Below are positions 10,070 through 19,978 of a stretch of DNA of 64,000 bases, one piece after another; the first letter of the stretch is position 1; each line of letters begins with the position of its first letter. This stretch comes from an uncultured Eubacteriales bacterium (GTDB lineage Bacteria; Bacillota; Clostridia; Oscillospirales; Oscillospiraceae): positions 2,689-66,688 of the forward strand of contig USLX01000001.1 of the NCBI GenBank assembly GCA_900555665.1, written 5' to 3'. A program made the position numbers and the translations under genes. A model generated the notes under the pieces. The model worked only from the letters and a program-made list of their open reading frames with translations. It did no database searches and had not been told where the DNA came from.

Positions 10070-10112
10070 GGGAAGCCCTCCGTGGGAAATTTGTGGGGAT
10101 GGGCAAAAGTAT

Positions 10113-10260
10113 GTAGGGGCGGGCATTGCCCGCACGAAAGGCCCCCTCTACGAAGAGGGGGCTGGCATGCGAAGCATGACGGGGGGAGAATCCCCGCCGC
10201 AGCGGCTTGCCTCCCCTTATGAAAGGGGAGGCTTTGGCGGGCGGGCATTGCCCGCCCGCA
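10113..10260. repeat. REP cluster R3: GTAG-type REP pair flanking two-hairpin units
   Basis: GTAGGGGCGGGCATTGCCCGC at 10113, GCGGGCGGGCATTGCCCGCCCGC at the end, AAAGGCCCCCTCT-N4-AGAGGGGGCT unit inside. Confidence 0.8.
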
Positions 10261-10308
10261 GGGCCGCTGAAAACGGCGCGCCACCAGCGGTGACGCGCCA
10301 CGCTTATT

Positions 10309-11559
10309 TTAGTACATCGGATGCTTGGCTGTCAAGGCCGCGACAGTCTCTTCGACTTTCAGGCGGTTTGCTTCGAAATCGTCGGCAATCAGGCGGATGC
10401 ACTCGGCGATGATGGGCATATCCTCTACGGTGAAGCCGCGGGTCGTGGCGGCGGGCGTGCCGATGCGGACACCGCTGGTCAGGCTGGGCTTCTGCGGGTC
10501 GTTCGGGATGGCGTTTTTGTTGATTGTGATGTGAACCTCGTCGAGCTTGTCCTGCAGCTCTTTGCCCGTGACGCCGCGGCTGCGCAGGTCGACGAGCATG
10601 AGATGGTTGTCCGTGCCGCCGGAGACGAGGTCGAAGCCGTTTGCAACAAGCGCCTCGGCCAGTGCGGCGGCGTTTTTGCGAACGTTCTGCGCGTAGGTCC
10701 GAAACTCGGGAGCCATGGCCTCCTTGAGGCAGATCGCCTTGGCGGCGATGACGTGCATGAGCGGGCCGCCCTGCATGCCGGGGAAGACGGCGCTGTTGAT
10801 CTTCTTGGCGAACTCCTCGCGCGCGAGGATCATGCCGCCGCGCGGGCCGCGGAGCGTCTTATGCGTGGTGGTGGTGACGATGTCGGCGTAGGGAACGGGA
10901 CTCATGTGCTCGCCGCCCGCGACGAGACCGGCGATGTGCGCCATGTCGACCATCAAAAGTGCGCCATAGCGGTGCGCGATCTCGGCAAAGGTCTTGAAAT
11001 CGATGGCGCGCGGATAGGCCGACGCGCCCGCGACGACGAGCTTCGGCTGGTGCGTGCGGATCACGTCCTCGACCTCATTGAAGTCGATGCGGCCCGTCTC
11101 GGCGTTGACGCCGTAGGAGAAGCTGTTGTAGATCTTGCCGGACAGGTTGACCTTGGCGCCGTGCGTCAGGTGGCCGCCGTTGGCAAGATCCATGCCGACG
11201 ATCGTATCGCCCGGCTGGAGCACGGCCATATAGGCCGCGAGGTTGGCCTGTGCGCCAGAGTGCGGCTGCACGTTGGCGTATTCTGCGCCGAAAAGCTGCT
11301 TGGCACGGTCAATGGCGATCTGCTCGATCACGTCGACATCTTCGCAGCCGCCGTAATACCGCTTGCCGGGATAGCCTTCGGCGTATTTGTTGGTCAGCAC
11401 GCTCCCCATCGCCGCGATGACCGCCGGGGAGGCGATGTTCTCCGATGCGATCAACTCGATGTTTCGCTGCTGGCGGTGGTATTCCGCTTGCATCTGCGAG
11501 GCAATCTCCGGGTCAAACTGTACAAGATAGTCCATTGAATTTTCCAGAATGTTCGACAT
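10309..11559 (-). CDS. glyA: Serine hydroxymethyltransferase
   Basis: [23 protein letters not shown] and [14 protein letters not shown] (PLP lysine). Confidence 0.98.
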   Translation of the reverse strand: MSNILENSMDYLVQFDPEIASQMQAEYHRQQRNIELIASENIASPAVIAAMGSVLTNKYAEGYPGKRYYGGCEDVDVIEQIAIDRAKQLFGAEYANVQPHSGAQANLAAYMAVLQPGDTIVGMDLANGGHLTHGAKVNLSGKIYNSFSYGVNAETGRIDFNEVEDVIRTHQPKLVVAGASAYPRAIDFKTFAEIAHRYGALLMVDMAHIAGLVAGGEHMSPVPYADIVTTTTHKTLRGPRGGMILAREEFAKKINSAVFPGMQGGPLMHVIAAKAICLKEAMAPEFRTYAQNVRKNAAALAEALVANGFDLVSGGTDNHLMLVDLRSRGVTGKELQDKLDEVHITINKNAIPNDPQKPSLTSGVRIGTPAATTRGFTVEDMPIIAECIRLIADDFEANRLKVEETVAALTAKHPMY

Positions 11560-11580
11560 GACGTGTGTTCCTTTCTGCAT

Positions 11581-11762
11581 GAAAAAATGAGCAAACCGTC
11601 TCCGGTTTGCTCATTGGTATTCCACGCGAATAGGCTGCGCTTCGTACTCTGTCCGTTTGCCTGAGAGATTCGGCTTTCGCCTTGCACCTTCGGCACTCAA
11701 TTCAATGAGTTCTCCAGAGACTCCTCCGATCCCCAGTCCGCGCTGCGTTCTGAGAACCATCC
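11581..11762 (-). ncRNA. Glycine riboswitch (singlet with 5' ghost stem) plus intrinsic terminator
   Basis: Minus strand CTCTGGAGA...GCCGAAGGTGCAAG...AATCTCTCAGGCAAACGGACAGAG (11647-11719). Terminator AATGAGCAAACCG-GAGA-CGGTTTGCTCATT-TTTT. Promoter TTGACT-17-TATACT at 11789-11817. Confidence 0.9.
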
Positions 11763-11849
11763 AAGGGGTACTTTATTGATTTAGCGTTAGTATACCCATG
11801 TTTTCGACAAAAGTCAAGCAGAATAATTGTGAGTTTTTCTGAAAATACA

Positions 11850-12242
11850 TCAGGCCTCATGCCCGCCGGGCCGGAGACCGCGGCGGATGGCATCGCGTTC
11901 CTGGGTAAGCTGCTCGCGGAGCTCGAGCGAGTTCCAGTCGCGGTTCGTGTCGGTTAAGACGGCCTTAAGCGTCACGGGCGGGAGGCCGGCGGATTTCCAG
12001 CTCTGCAAAAAGCGGGAGAGCAGCGTCTCCGGGAAGTGGGCGAAGAGGATCATTTCCTCGGAAAAGCCTGCGCCGTCGTAGAGAGACTCCATGCTGCCGC
12101 ACTCGCCGGTGAAGCTGCCGAGAGGCTGGAGATATTGCCAGGTTTCGATGGGAATGACACGGATGCCGGATTTCATCGCGAGCATCCGCGCCTTTGCCGC
12201 CTTTTTGGCGGGCAGGCGCCAGGTCAGGAGCGTGGGCGTCAT
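11850..12242 (-). CDS. DUF3783-like small protein
   Basis: EEMILFAHF...LKAVLTDTNRDWNSLELREQLTQER; ATGA overlap with the upstream stop. Confidence 0.7.
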   Translation of the reverse strand: MTPTLLTWRLPAKKAAKARMLAMKSGIRVIPIETWQYLQPLGSFTGECGSMESLYDGAGFSEEMILFAHFPETLLSRFLQSWKSAGLPPVTLKAVLTDTNRDWNSLELREQLTQERDAIRRGLRPGGHEA

Positions 12243-13816
12243 GTGCGGGCCTCCTTCCTCAAAAAGCCGAAGTAAGCAATCAGGCCCGCGATGGACCAAA
12301 ACCAGGCCATCATATAGGGCTCTTCAAAGATGTTCTCAAAGAAGCAGTGGACAATCACGCCGCAGAGGCCCGCGAACATGCCGGCGCAGAGCGGGAAGAG
12401 CCGGTCAAGCCCAGCCTTGAAGTCCTGCGCCTTGCGGGAAAGCGCCCGGCAGGCTGCGCCGAGGAAGCCGAGCAGCATCAGGCAGAACGCGGCGAGGCCG
12501 CAGTAGCCCATCTCGACCATGGTTTTGAGGAAATAGTTGTCGACGTAGAAATAGTCGGTATGGTCGAGTACCTGATTCTGCATGGCGACGGCACCGCCGA
12601 ACATCCCTTCGCCCACGCCGACCCACGGATTTCCGGAATAAAACAGGTTCAGCGCATTGAGCTTGCGCCCCGCGCGGCCGCCGCTGGTGTTGGCGGCGGT
12701 GAAATCGTCAGTAAAGAGGAAGCCGATGCGCGTCCGCACGAACGGCACGAAGCAGGCTCCCACACCCGCCACCACGAGCAGGGCCAGCAGCCGCCGGTCG
12801 ACGAGCAGGACGAAAATGACAACGGCAATCGCCATCGCGACCCAGGAGGCGCGCGACATCGTAAACAGGCACGCAAAGCACATCAGGATCGTGCCGATCC
12901 ATGCCGCGATCTTCCATTTCGTGGCCTTGACGTAGTAAGCAAGGCCCGCACACATCGGCACAACCATGACCATAAAGTCCCCCATGATGTTGGGGCTGCC
13001 GAAGATGGAATAGACACGGGTACGGACGGCGGTTTCGGTATGGGTCATCCAGCTGGACGGGATGGGCACGGCGACGATATACTGGTAGATGCCGTGCAGG
13101 GCCAGAATTATGCCGAGGCCGACAAGCGCGCCGTAGAGGCGCATGGCGTCGCGGTCATCCCGGAGGATGCGCGTGACGATAAAGAACCAAAGCAGATACT
13201 GGCACGAAGCGCGGAAACCGGAAACCTGGATGGAGAAGAACGGCGCATTGATGTTCATGAGCACGAAGCCGGCGGTCAGAAACAGCAAAATCCCGCAGTC
13301 CATCGGCGTGGTGCGGGCGGCAAGGGGCGATTTTGCCTCGACACGCTGCCCGAAGATCCAGAGCGCGGCAAAGAGCAGCAGCGCCTCGTCCCACAAAGAG
13401 CTGATCACCGGGATGGCCAGCACGTCGCGCAGGACATGGTCCACACCCGCATAGAGGCCGATGCAGATCAGGATCATCCCGGTCACGCCGCCGGAAAAGA
13501 GCCACGAGAGAATGCGGCTATCCTGCCCGCAGCGAAGCACCGCGCGGTAGATGTGGTAGAGCAGGGAGGACTCAATGGCAGCACGGAGCTTTATTTTGCG
13601 GGCAAGGTGCGCATTCTCTTTTGTGAATGCGCGCGTATAGCGGGAGCTTTGCAGCGCGCACGGCTCTGCGCCGAGCCAGCGGGCAAGCGTCCGGTGTGTG
13701 CCGGAAGCGCGATAGCAGCGTCCGATGGCCGCGAAGACGTGGCTGCTCTGCCCGAGGGCCGTGAGCCACAGCCAGACGGCGCGCAGCGCGCGGCAGGTGA
13801 AACTGGAAGCGACCAT
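12239..13816 (-). CDS. O-antigen ligase-like (Wzy_C) membrane protein
   Basis: RVYSIFGSPN, FTMSRASW, GVGEGMFGG and VDNYFLK motifs; many TM segments. Confidence 0.85.
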   Translation of the reverse strand: MVASSFTCRALRAVWLWLTALGQSSHVFAAIGRCYRASGTHRTLARWLGAEPCALQSSRYTRAFTKENAHLARKIKLRAAIESSLLYHIYRAVLRCGQDSRILSWLFSGGVTGMILICIGLYAGVDHVLRDVLAIPVISSLWDEALLLFAALWIFGQRVEAKSPLAARTTPMDCGILLFLTAGFVLMNINAPFFSIQVSGFRASCQYLLWFFIVTRILRDDRDAMRLYGALVGLGIILALHGIYQYIVAVPIPSSWMTHTETAVRTRVYSIFGSPNIMGDFMVMVVPMCAGLAYYVKATKWKIAAWIGTILMCFACLFTMSRASWVAMAIAVVIFVLLVDRRLLALLVVAGVGACFVPFVRTRIGFLFTDDFTAANTSGGRAGRKLNALNLFYSGNPWVGVGEGMFGGAVAMQNQVLDHTDYFYVDNYFLKTMVEMGYCGLAAFCLMLLGFLGAACRALSRKAQDFKAGLDRLFPLCAGMFAGLCGVIVHCFFENIFEEPYMMAWFWSIAGLIAYFGFLRKEART

Positions 13817-13820
13817 GGCG

Positions 13821-14279
13821 TCACTCCGCAACGGTCATCGCGGTGATGATGCCCGTCAGCTCGAATTCGCTGGTCTTGACGATGTATTCGTACCCAACGC
13901 GCACTTCCTGCGCGCCGACCTTGTAGACATTGCCGGTGAACTGGCCGCGGCCTTCGATGGTCACGGCGAGGTCGACATGGGTGCCATCTTCCCGCTCGGT
14001 GACGGCGGCATCGGTGATGGCTGCGTCGACAACCTTGGAATTGTTGACGAGGGACTTACCGATCTGCGTCGCGGCGAACTCCGCCGCTTCGCGGTTTACG
14101 TCCTCGACGGTGACGGTATAGGTGATGGTGCGCCCGGTGTCGGCAACAGTCTCGGCGGCCTGTTTGCCGACCAGTTTCCAGGCAACGGCCGCGACGGCCG
14201 CAATCAGCAGCACGATGACAAGCAAATCGATCAGATTGATCTTTCCAAACAGACGACCCTTTTCGTCGACGATCTTCAT
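13821..14279 (-). CDS. DUF4330-like membrane-anchored protein
   Basis: MKIVDEKGRLFGKINLIDLL N-terminus with GGAGG RBS. Confidence 0.75.
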   Translation of the reverse strand: MKIVDEKGRLFGKINLIDLLVIVLLIAAVAAVAWKLVGKQAAETVADTGRTITYTVTVEDVNREAAEFAATQIGKSLVNNSKVVDAAITDAAVTEREDGTHVDLAVTIEGRGQFTGNVYKVGAQEVRVGYEYIVKTSEFELTGIITAMTVAE

Positions 14280-14482
14280 GTAGTCACTACCTCCAATTTT
14301 GCATTGCAACATTGATTTGACAAACCAAATCGAGTATAATATAGCGTATTCTGTGTCAGGTTACAAGAAAAAATTATTTTAGGGTGTAACTGGAAACGAT
14401 CAACGCACCCGGACGGCGGGCCTTTTCGCGCCGCGCCGGGCTGGGCGGTAAGCGAATTCGGAGATTCCCTGGGAGATCGATT

Positions 14483-16693
14483 ATGAAGATCATACATTTG
14501 ATATCCGGCGGCGACGTCGGCGGTGCGAAAACGCATGTACTCTCGCTGCTGCAGGGCTTGGGAAAGACGCAGACGGTGCGGCTGGTCTGCTTTATGGAAG
14601 GCCCGTTTGCCGAGGAGGCACGCGGGCTCGGGATCGATACGCTGGTGATGGAGCGCGGCGTGGCCGCGAGCGTCCGGGCGCTGGCGCGGATGATCGAGGA
14701 AGAGCAGTTTGAGATTGTCCACTGCCACGGTGCACGGGCCAATCTGACGGGCGCAATTTTGCGGCGGACGATCCATGTGCCGATTGTGACGACCGTCCAC
14801 AGCGACTACCGGCTCGACTATCTGGGCCGCCCGCTGCACCGGCTGACGTTCGGCACGATCAACACGCTGGCGCTGCGCTGCTTTGACTATCACATCGGTG
14901 TGTCGGACGCGGTGAGTCAGATGCTGATTGCCCGTGGCTTTGATCCGCAGACGATGTTTTCCATCTACAACGGCGTTGACTTTACGCCGCGGACACCCGC
15001 GATGGGGCGGGAGGAATATCTGCGCAGCCTCGGGCTGGCGGTTGGGGAGGAGACAGTCGTATTCGGGATTGCGGCGCGGCTGAATCCTGTGAAGGATGTG
15101 GCGACGCTGATCCGCGGCTTTGCCCACGCCGCAGAGAAAAACCCCAATATCCGCCTTGTGATCGCGGGAGACGGCGAGGAACGGGCCATGCTGGAGGCGC
15201 TCGCAGCCGAGCGATGCCCGAAGGGGAGCTATGTGTTTGCCGGCTGGGTAACCGATATGGACAGCTTTTACAACGCGCTGGACGTCAATACGCTGACATC
15301 CATCTCCGAGACGTTCCCATACGCGATCACCGAGGGCGCGCGGATGCACTGCGCGACAATTGCCTCCGATGTCGGCGGAATTCCCTATATTATCGAGCAC
15401 GGCGTCACGGGGCTGCTCTTCCAGCCTCAGGACGACGCGGCGCTCGGCGAAGAGATTGCGAGGCTGGCCGCAAGCCGGGAGATGCGGGAGCGGCTGCGGG
15501 AAAATCTCTACGAAAAGGCGTCACGCGAGTTTTCCGTGGAGGCCACGGTCGGCAAACAGATCGAGATCTACCAGACAATCCTGCGCCGCACGGCGCGGGC
15601 AAAGGCAAAGCGGCGCGGCGTGATGATCTGCGGGGCCTATGGCAAGGGCAACGCAGGGGACGACGCCATTTTGAAGGCCATTCTGGCCCAGCTGCGCCAT
15701 ATTGATTCGGACATGCCCATCCATGTCCTCTCGCACAACCCGAAGCAGACGCGGCTGCGATATCATGTCGGCTCTGTCCACGCCTTCAATCCGTTCGCCT
15801 TCCTGCCCATCCTGCGCCGGACGAAGCTGTTTCTCTCCGGCGGCGGGAGCCTCATTCAGGACGAGACAAGCACGCGGAGCCTGCACTATTATCTTATGAG
15901 CATCCGCCTGGCCAAGCACTGCGGCAACAAAGTCCTCATGTACGGCTGCGGCATCGGGCCGGTGCATTCCGCGTCCAATCGTCGTCACGCGGCCAAGGTC
16001 ATCAACCGCTGTGTCGACGCCATCACGCTGCGCGAGGATCTTTCGGCCGAAGAGCTGCGGAGCATGGGCGTGACGAAGCCCGAGATCCACGTCACGGCAG
16101 ATCCGGCGCTGCTCCTCCGGCCGGGGACAGACGGCGCAGTGGAGAGCTTTTTGCTCAGTCAGGGGCTGGAGCCATCGGGAGCCTACGCCCTGTTCGTGCT
16201 GCGGCCCTGGCATGAGTTTGCGCAGAAGCGGCAGAGCTTTGTCGAGGCTGCGTCCTATGTCCGGGAACGGTATGGCCTGACGCCGGTGTTCTTTGCGCTG
16301 GAGCCGGGGCGCGACCTCGGTGTGACGCGGGAGGTGCTCGCGGCGCTTCCCGAGCCGGCCGTTTTGCTGCCGACCCCGGAGGATGAGACGCTGATCATCG
16401 GTATGATGAAAAAAATGCGCCTTGTTGTCTCCATGCGGCTGCACACGCTGATTTTCGCATCCAGCGTGGGCGCACCGCTCGTTGCAGTGTCGTATGACCC
16501 GAAGGTGACAGGCTTCATGCGCTACATCGGGCAGCGGCACTGTGTGGAATTTGACACGCTGACGGCGGAGGGCCTGAAGGCGCAGATCGACGCGGCCCTC
16601 ACTGTGCCCGAACGTTATGACGTCGGCCATCTGCGCGCGCTGGCGGAGGAAAACGAGCACATTGCGCGCCGCCTTTTGGAGGGAACAACATGA
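14483..16693 (+). CDS. csaB: GT4 glycosyltransferase fused to polysaccharide pyruvyl transferase CsaB
   Basis: N-half GT4 (GGAKTHV, ETFPYAITE, SDVGG). C-half GAYGKGNAGDDAIL, SGGGSLIQDETS, SMRLH, YDPKV. Confidence 0.88.
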   Translation: MKIIHLISGGDVGGAKTHVLSLLQGLGKTQTVRLVCFMEGPFAEEARGLGIDTLVMERGVAASVRALARMIEEEQFEIVHCHGARANLTGAILRRTIHVPIVTTVHSDYRLDYLGRPLHRLTFGTINTLALRCFDYHIGVSDAVSQMLIARGFDPQTMFSIYNGVDFTPRTPAMGREEYLRSLGLAVGEETVVFGIAARLNPVKDVATLIRGFAHAAEKNPNIRLVIAGDGEERAMLEALAAERCPKGSYVFAGWVTDMDSFYNALDVNTLTSISETFPYAITEGARMHCATIASDVGGIPYIIEHGVTGLLFQPQDDAALGEEIARLAASREMRERLRENLYEKASREFSVEATVGKQIEIYQTILRRTARAKAKRRGVMICGAYGKGNAGDDAILKAILAQLRHIDSDMPIHVLSHNPKQTRLRYHVGSVHAFNPFAFLPILRRTKLFLSGGGSLIQDETSTRSLHYYLMSIRLAKHCGNKVLMYGCGIGPVHSASNRRHAAKVINRCVDAITLREDLSAEELRSMGVTKPEIHVTADPALLLRPGTDGAVESFLLSQGLEPSGAYALFVLRPWHEFAQKRQSFVEAASYVRERYGLTPVFFALEPGRDLGVTREVLAALPEPAVLLPTPEDETLIIGMMKKMRLVVSMRLHTLIFASSVGAPLVAVSYDPKVTGFMRYIGQRHCVEFDTLTAEGLKAQIDAALTVPERYDVGHLRALAEENEHIARRLLEGTT

Positions 16694-17838
16694 GACAGAT
16701 TGTTTGCCTGGCCACGTCGCCGTGGTACCCGATCCCGACTCGCAAGCAGCAGGTCATGAGCCGCATCCCGGACGCGGAAATTCTGTATTTCGACCCATCC
16801 GCGACCGTCATCGCGCCGCTGCGCGACAAGCACGCGAAGCCGCTGATGACGAAATATAAAGAGGCACCGGTGCATCCACAGGAGAACATCACGGTCTATT
16901 CGCTGCCGCCGGTGCTGCCGTTCTTTTACAAGAAGCGGGCGATCAATCGCATCAATCAGAAAAAGATCGCGAAATTTATCCGCGAAAAAATGGCCGAGCA
17001 CGGGTTTGAAAACCCGGTGCTCTGGGTGTATTCGCCGGTGACGGTCGACCTGGTCGACCTTGTGCCGCACAGCGCCCTCGTCTACGACTGTGTCGACCGG
17101 CACTCTGCCTACGGTGGGCTGATGGATCCGGCGTTGGTGGACGCGATGGAGCTGGAGCTGGCAGGGAAGACGGATATGACGTTTGCAACCGCCCAGGCGC
17201 TGGCAGAGCGGCTGCGCGCGGCGCAGCCGAAGACGCGCTTCATCCCGAACGGTGCGAACTTTGAGCGCTTCGCCGAGGCGGCGAAGATGCAGCCCGTGCC
17301 GGAGGATTTGTGGGACATTCCGCATCCGCTGTTCGGCTTCGTCGGCGCGCTGCAAAGCTGCATCGAATATGATTTCGTGGAACAGGCGGCAAAAGACCGG
17401 CCGGACTGGCACTTCGTCTGGATCGGGAAAGAGAAGCCGGGCGTCGACCTTTCTGCGCTGCGCGCCATGCCGAATAACCACTTCCTTGGCATGAAGCCGA
17501 ACGAGCAGCTGCCGCAGTATTTGGCACACTTTGATGCCTGTTTGAACCTGTTTGCGAAGAGCGATTTGAGCAAGGATGTCAGTCCGCTGAAATTCTATGA
17601 ATATCTCGCGACGGGGCGGCCCATCGTCTCCACGCGGCAGCCGGATCAGATTTTGCAGTATGCGCCGCTCATCCACATCGCGGACGACGCGGCGGGCTTT
17701 GAAGCAGCCTGCGAGGCGGCGCTTTGTGACACACAGCCGGAGCGCACGGCACTCCGCATCGAAGAGGGCCGCAAAAGCTCATGGGACGCGCGCGTGGAAG
17801 AACTGTGCGCTGTGCTCACGGAGCAGGGGATTTTCTGA
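16690..17838 (+). CDS. Glycosyltransferase (TuaH-like GT-B)
   Basis: TRKQQVM, VYDCVDRH, IPNGANFERF and SPLKFYEYLATGRPIVST. Confidence 0.85.
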   Translation: MRQIVCLATSPWYPIPTRKQQVMSRIPDAEILYFDPSATVIAPLRDKHAKPLMTKYKEAPVHPQENITVYSLPPVLPFFYKKRAINRINQKKIAKFIREKMAEHGFENPVLWVYSPVTVDLVDLVPHSALVYDCVDRHSAYGGLMDPALVDAMELELAGKTDMTFATAQALAERLRAAQPKTRFIPNGANFERFAEAAKMQPVPEDLWDIPHPLFGFVGALQSCIEYDFVEQAAKDRPDWHFVWIGKEKPGVDLSALRAMPNNHFLGMKPNEQLPQYLAHFDACLNLFAKSDLSKDVSPLKFYEYLATGRPIVSTRQPDQILQYAPLIHIADDAAGFEAACEAALCDTQPERTALRIEEGRKSSWDARVEELCAVLTEQGIF

Positions 17839-17856
17839 GCGGGAAAAACAGAAATA

Positions 17857-18031
17857 AAAGGCCCCCTCTACCAAGAGGGGGCTGGCCGAGCAAAGCGAGG
17901 CCTTGCCCTGCATCATACCGCAGGGTATGCCGGGCGCGCGTTCCTTACGCGCCCGGCTGGGCGAGTTTGAAAAAACGTCTTCCCCTGATCGCCTTCGGCG
18001 ATCATCCCCTCTCTTCGCAGAGGGGCTTTTT
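17857..18031. repeat. REP-like cluster R4 carrying 54-bp module Y
   Basis: AAAGGCCCCCTCTACCAAGAGGGGGCT unit; 17902-17955 is 52/54 identical to 24262-24315. Confidence 0.85.
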
Positions 18032-18061
18032 CGCCGCTGCTTTTGGCAGCGGCTCTTTTGC

Positions 18062-18904
18062 TTATGTGGCAGTCTTGGCGCAGCCGGTGCAGCTGTCCTT
18101 GGCTGGGATGCAGGAATCGGCCTTGCTGGGGAAGAAGGCGTCCATCGGGAATTCGATCTGGCCGAAGACCTCGCAGGGCGATTCGGAGCTGGAGCTGCCA
18201 ACATTTTTGCAGGTTTTTGTCGGGATGCAGTAATCGAACGTCGGGATGAGCAGCTGCGTGCTGCGCTCGAGCCGGGCGATGGAAAACTGGCCGATGGTGA
18301 CAAGCAGGCGCTTGCATTCGCCGTCGAGCACGAGCTGGTCTTCGAAGCAGCCCAGGATCGCCTCCGGGATATTCGGTACAGAGGGGCAGCAATTGCAGGA
18401 GCAAACTTCCTGCACGCGCGAGCCAAGGATCATCGGGTCGACAACTTCGACGATGGCCTCGGGGACGTTGCCGGCCTGGATGGCCTGCTTGCAGAGGCAG
18501 CTGACGCCGCTGCGGCTGGAAAAGCTCCGCGCACTCGTCTCACCGCCAAACATCACAAGCCGCTTGGAGAAGATGGAAAGGCCTGTAACGGTTGACGGAC
18601 GGCCGCCGGAGGCGGAGGCGTCGGCGATGACACGGTAATAGAATGTGAGGTCGACTGTATAATAGCCAGTGGAGTAGGGGACGGTCTCGACATGGACGTC
18701 GACGTGGAGCAGCTCGACATAGCGGGCCTTGGCGCTGACGGCGCAGTCGAGCGACTGCTGCGAGGGGACGGTTAAGTACACCTGAAGATCTTCGATGCAG
18801 TCTTTCGCCAGACAGCTGTCGCTGATCTTGTCGGTATGGACGCAGACGGCCTCGCGGATGCCGCGCAGATCACAGGCCGTTCCGGCCTGAGTGGTATCGG
18901 ACAT
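18062..18904 (-). CDS. Cys-rich conserved hypothetical protein, possibly spore coat
   Basis: AGGAGG RBS; EAVCVHTDKISDSC, CSCNCCP and PCEVFGQIEFP motifs; CATAAACT -10-like box upstream at 19130-19137. Confidence 0.65.
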   Translation of the reverse strand: MSDTTQAGTACDLRGIREAVCVHTDKISDSCLAKDCIEDLQVYLTVPSQQSLDCAVSAKARYVELLHVDVHVETVPYSTGYYTVDLTFYYRVIADASASGGRPSTVTGLSIFSKRLVMFGGETSARSFSSRSGVSCLCKQAIQAGNVPEAIVEVVDPMILGSRVQEVCSCNCCPSVPNIPEAILGCFEDQLVLDGECKRLLVTIGQFSIARLERSTQLLIPTFDYCIPTKTCKNVGSSSSESPCEVFGQIEFPMDAFFPSKADSCIPAKDSCTGCAKTAT

Positions 18905-18944
18905 TCTGATAACCTCCTAACATGATGATAAAGTCAACATTCGT

Positions 18945-19107
18945 AGGGTGTATTCTTCCAACTCCCAATGTGACCGGCAGCGAGGAATGTTTGCGCTGAG
19001 CAAGACATTTTTTCGCAGGAATCCTGACGTATTTCAAGGAAAAATGACGCGGCGCAGCGTGAAAAGGCCCGCTTTCCGGGTGCGGCGGGAGTTTTTAGAT
19101 ACACCCT
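18945..19107 (+). mobile_element. MITE-like TIR-bounded hairpin element, copy 1
   Basis: Ends AGGGTGTAT...ATACACCCT. Core TGTGACCGGCAGCGAGGAAT...GCAGGAATCCTGACGTATTTCAAGGAAAA is shared with 30290-30448 and 52590-52752. Confidence 0.8.
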
Positions 19108-19258
19108 GGGATGCTGAGGCTTTCATAACAGTTTATGCCGGAGGGAGAAAATGTGAAACCGGGGCGGGGGAGGGCGGCTTTTTCCGGGAAATCATGGACA
19201 AATTGGAGGCTTTGTGCTATGATGAAACCATCAATCTAAACTGGCGGGGTATGCGCAG

Positions 19259-19978
19259 ATGAAACAGGACGTGCTGGGGCTGCAATTTGACAATGTGACG
19301 ATGGATGAGGCGGTGGCGCGGGCTGCGGCGCTGCTGGAGTCGCCCGGTGCGTCGGTCGTCGTCACGCCGAACGCTGAAATCGGCTATGAGGCGCTGCACG
19401 ACGAAGCGTTTCGCGCGCTGCTCAATGGCGCGGATCTGATGCTGCCGGATGGCGCAGGTGTCGTCCTCGCGGCGAAGCTGCGGCATACGCCGCTGAAGCA
19501 GAAGGTCGCGGGCGTGGACTTTGCGGACCGGCTGCTCGGCGTGCTGGTCGAGACGGGAAAGACGCTGTATCTGCTTGGCGGCAAGCCGGGCGTCGCGGAG
19601 CTGGCTGCCGGGAAGTTGGTGGAACGGCACCCGGGCCTCACAATCTGCGGGACGGCGGACGGCTATTTCAAAGACGAGGGGCCGGTCGTGGAGAAGATCA
19701 ACGCGGCGAAGCCCGATGTGCTGTTCGTCTGTGTCGGCGCGCCGAAGCAGGAGCTTTTCATGCAGGCGCATAAGGCCGAGCTGAACGTGCGGCTGATGGC
19801 GGGCCTCGGCGGTTCGCTGGATGCCTTCGCGGGCACGGTGAAACGCGCACCGAAGTGGATGATCCGCTGCAACCTCGAATGGCTCTATCGTCTGATTAAA
19901 GAGCCGAAGCGCTTCGGGCGCATGCTGCGCCTGCCGAAGTATCTCTGGGCGGCGGTGACGGTGCGGACTAAAGGATGA
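19259..19978 (+). CDS. tagA: WecB/TagA/CpsF glycosyltransferase
   Basis: VVTPNAE, PDGAGVV, GAPKQE, GGSLD and LEWLYRL motifs. Confidence 0.9.
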   Translation: MKQDVLGLQFDNVTMDEAVARAAALLESPGASVVVTPNAEIGYEALHDEAFRALLNGADLMLPDGAGVVLAAKLRHTPLKQKVAGVDFADRLLGVLVETGKTLYLLGGKPGVAELAAGKLVERHPGLTICGTADGYFKDEGPVVEKINAAKPDVLFVCVGAPKQELFMQAHKAELNVRLMAGLGGSLDAFAGTVKRAPKWMIRCNLEWLYRLIKEPKRFGRMLRLPKYLWAAVTVRTKG

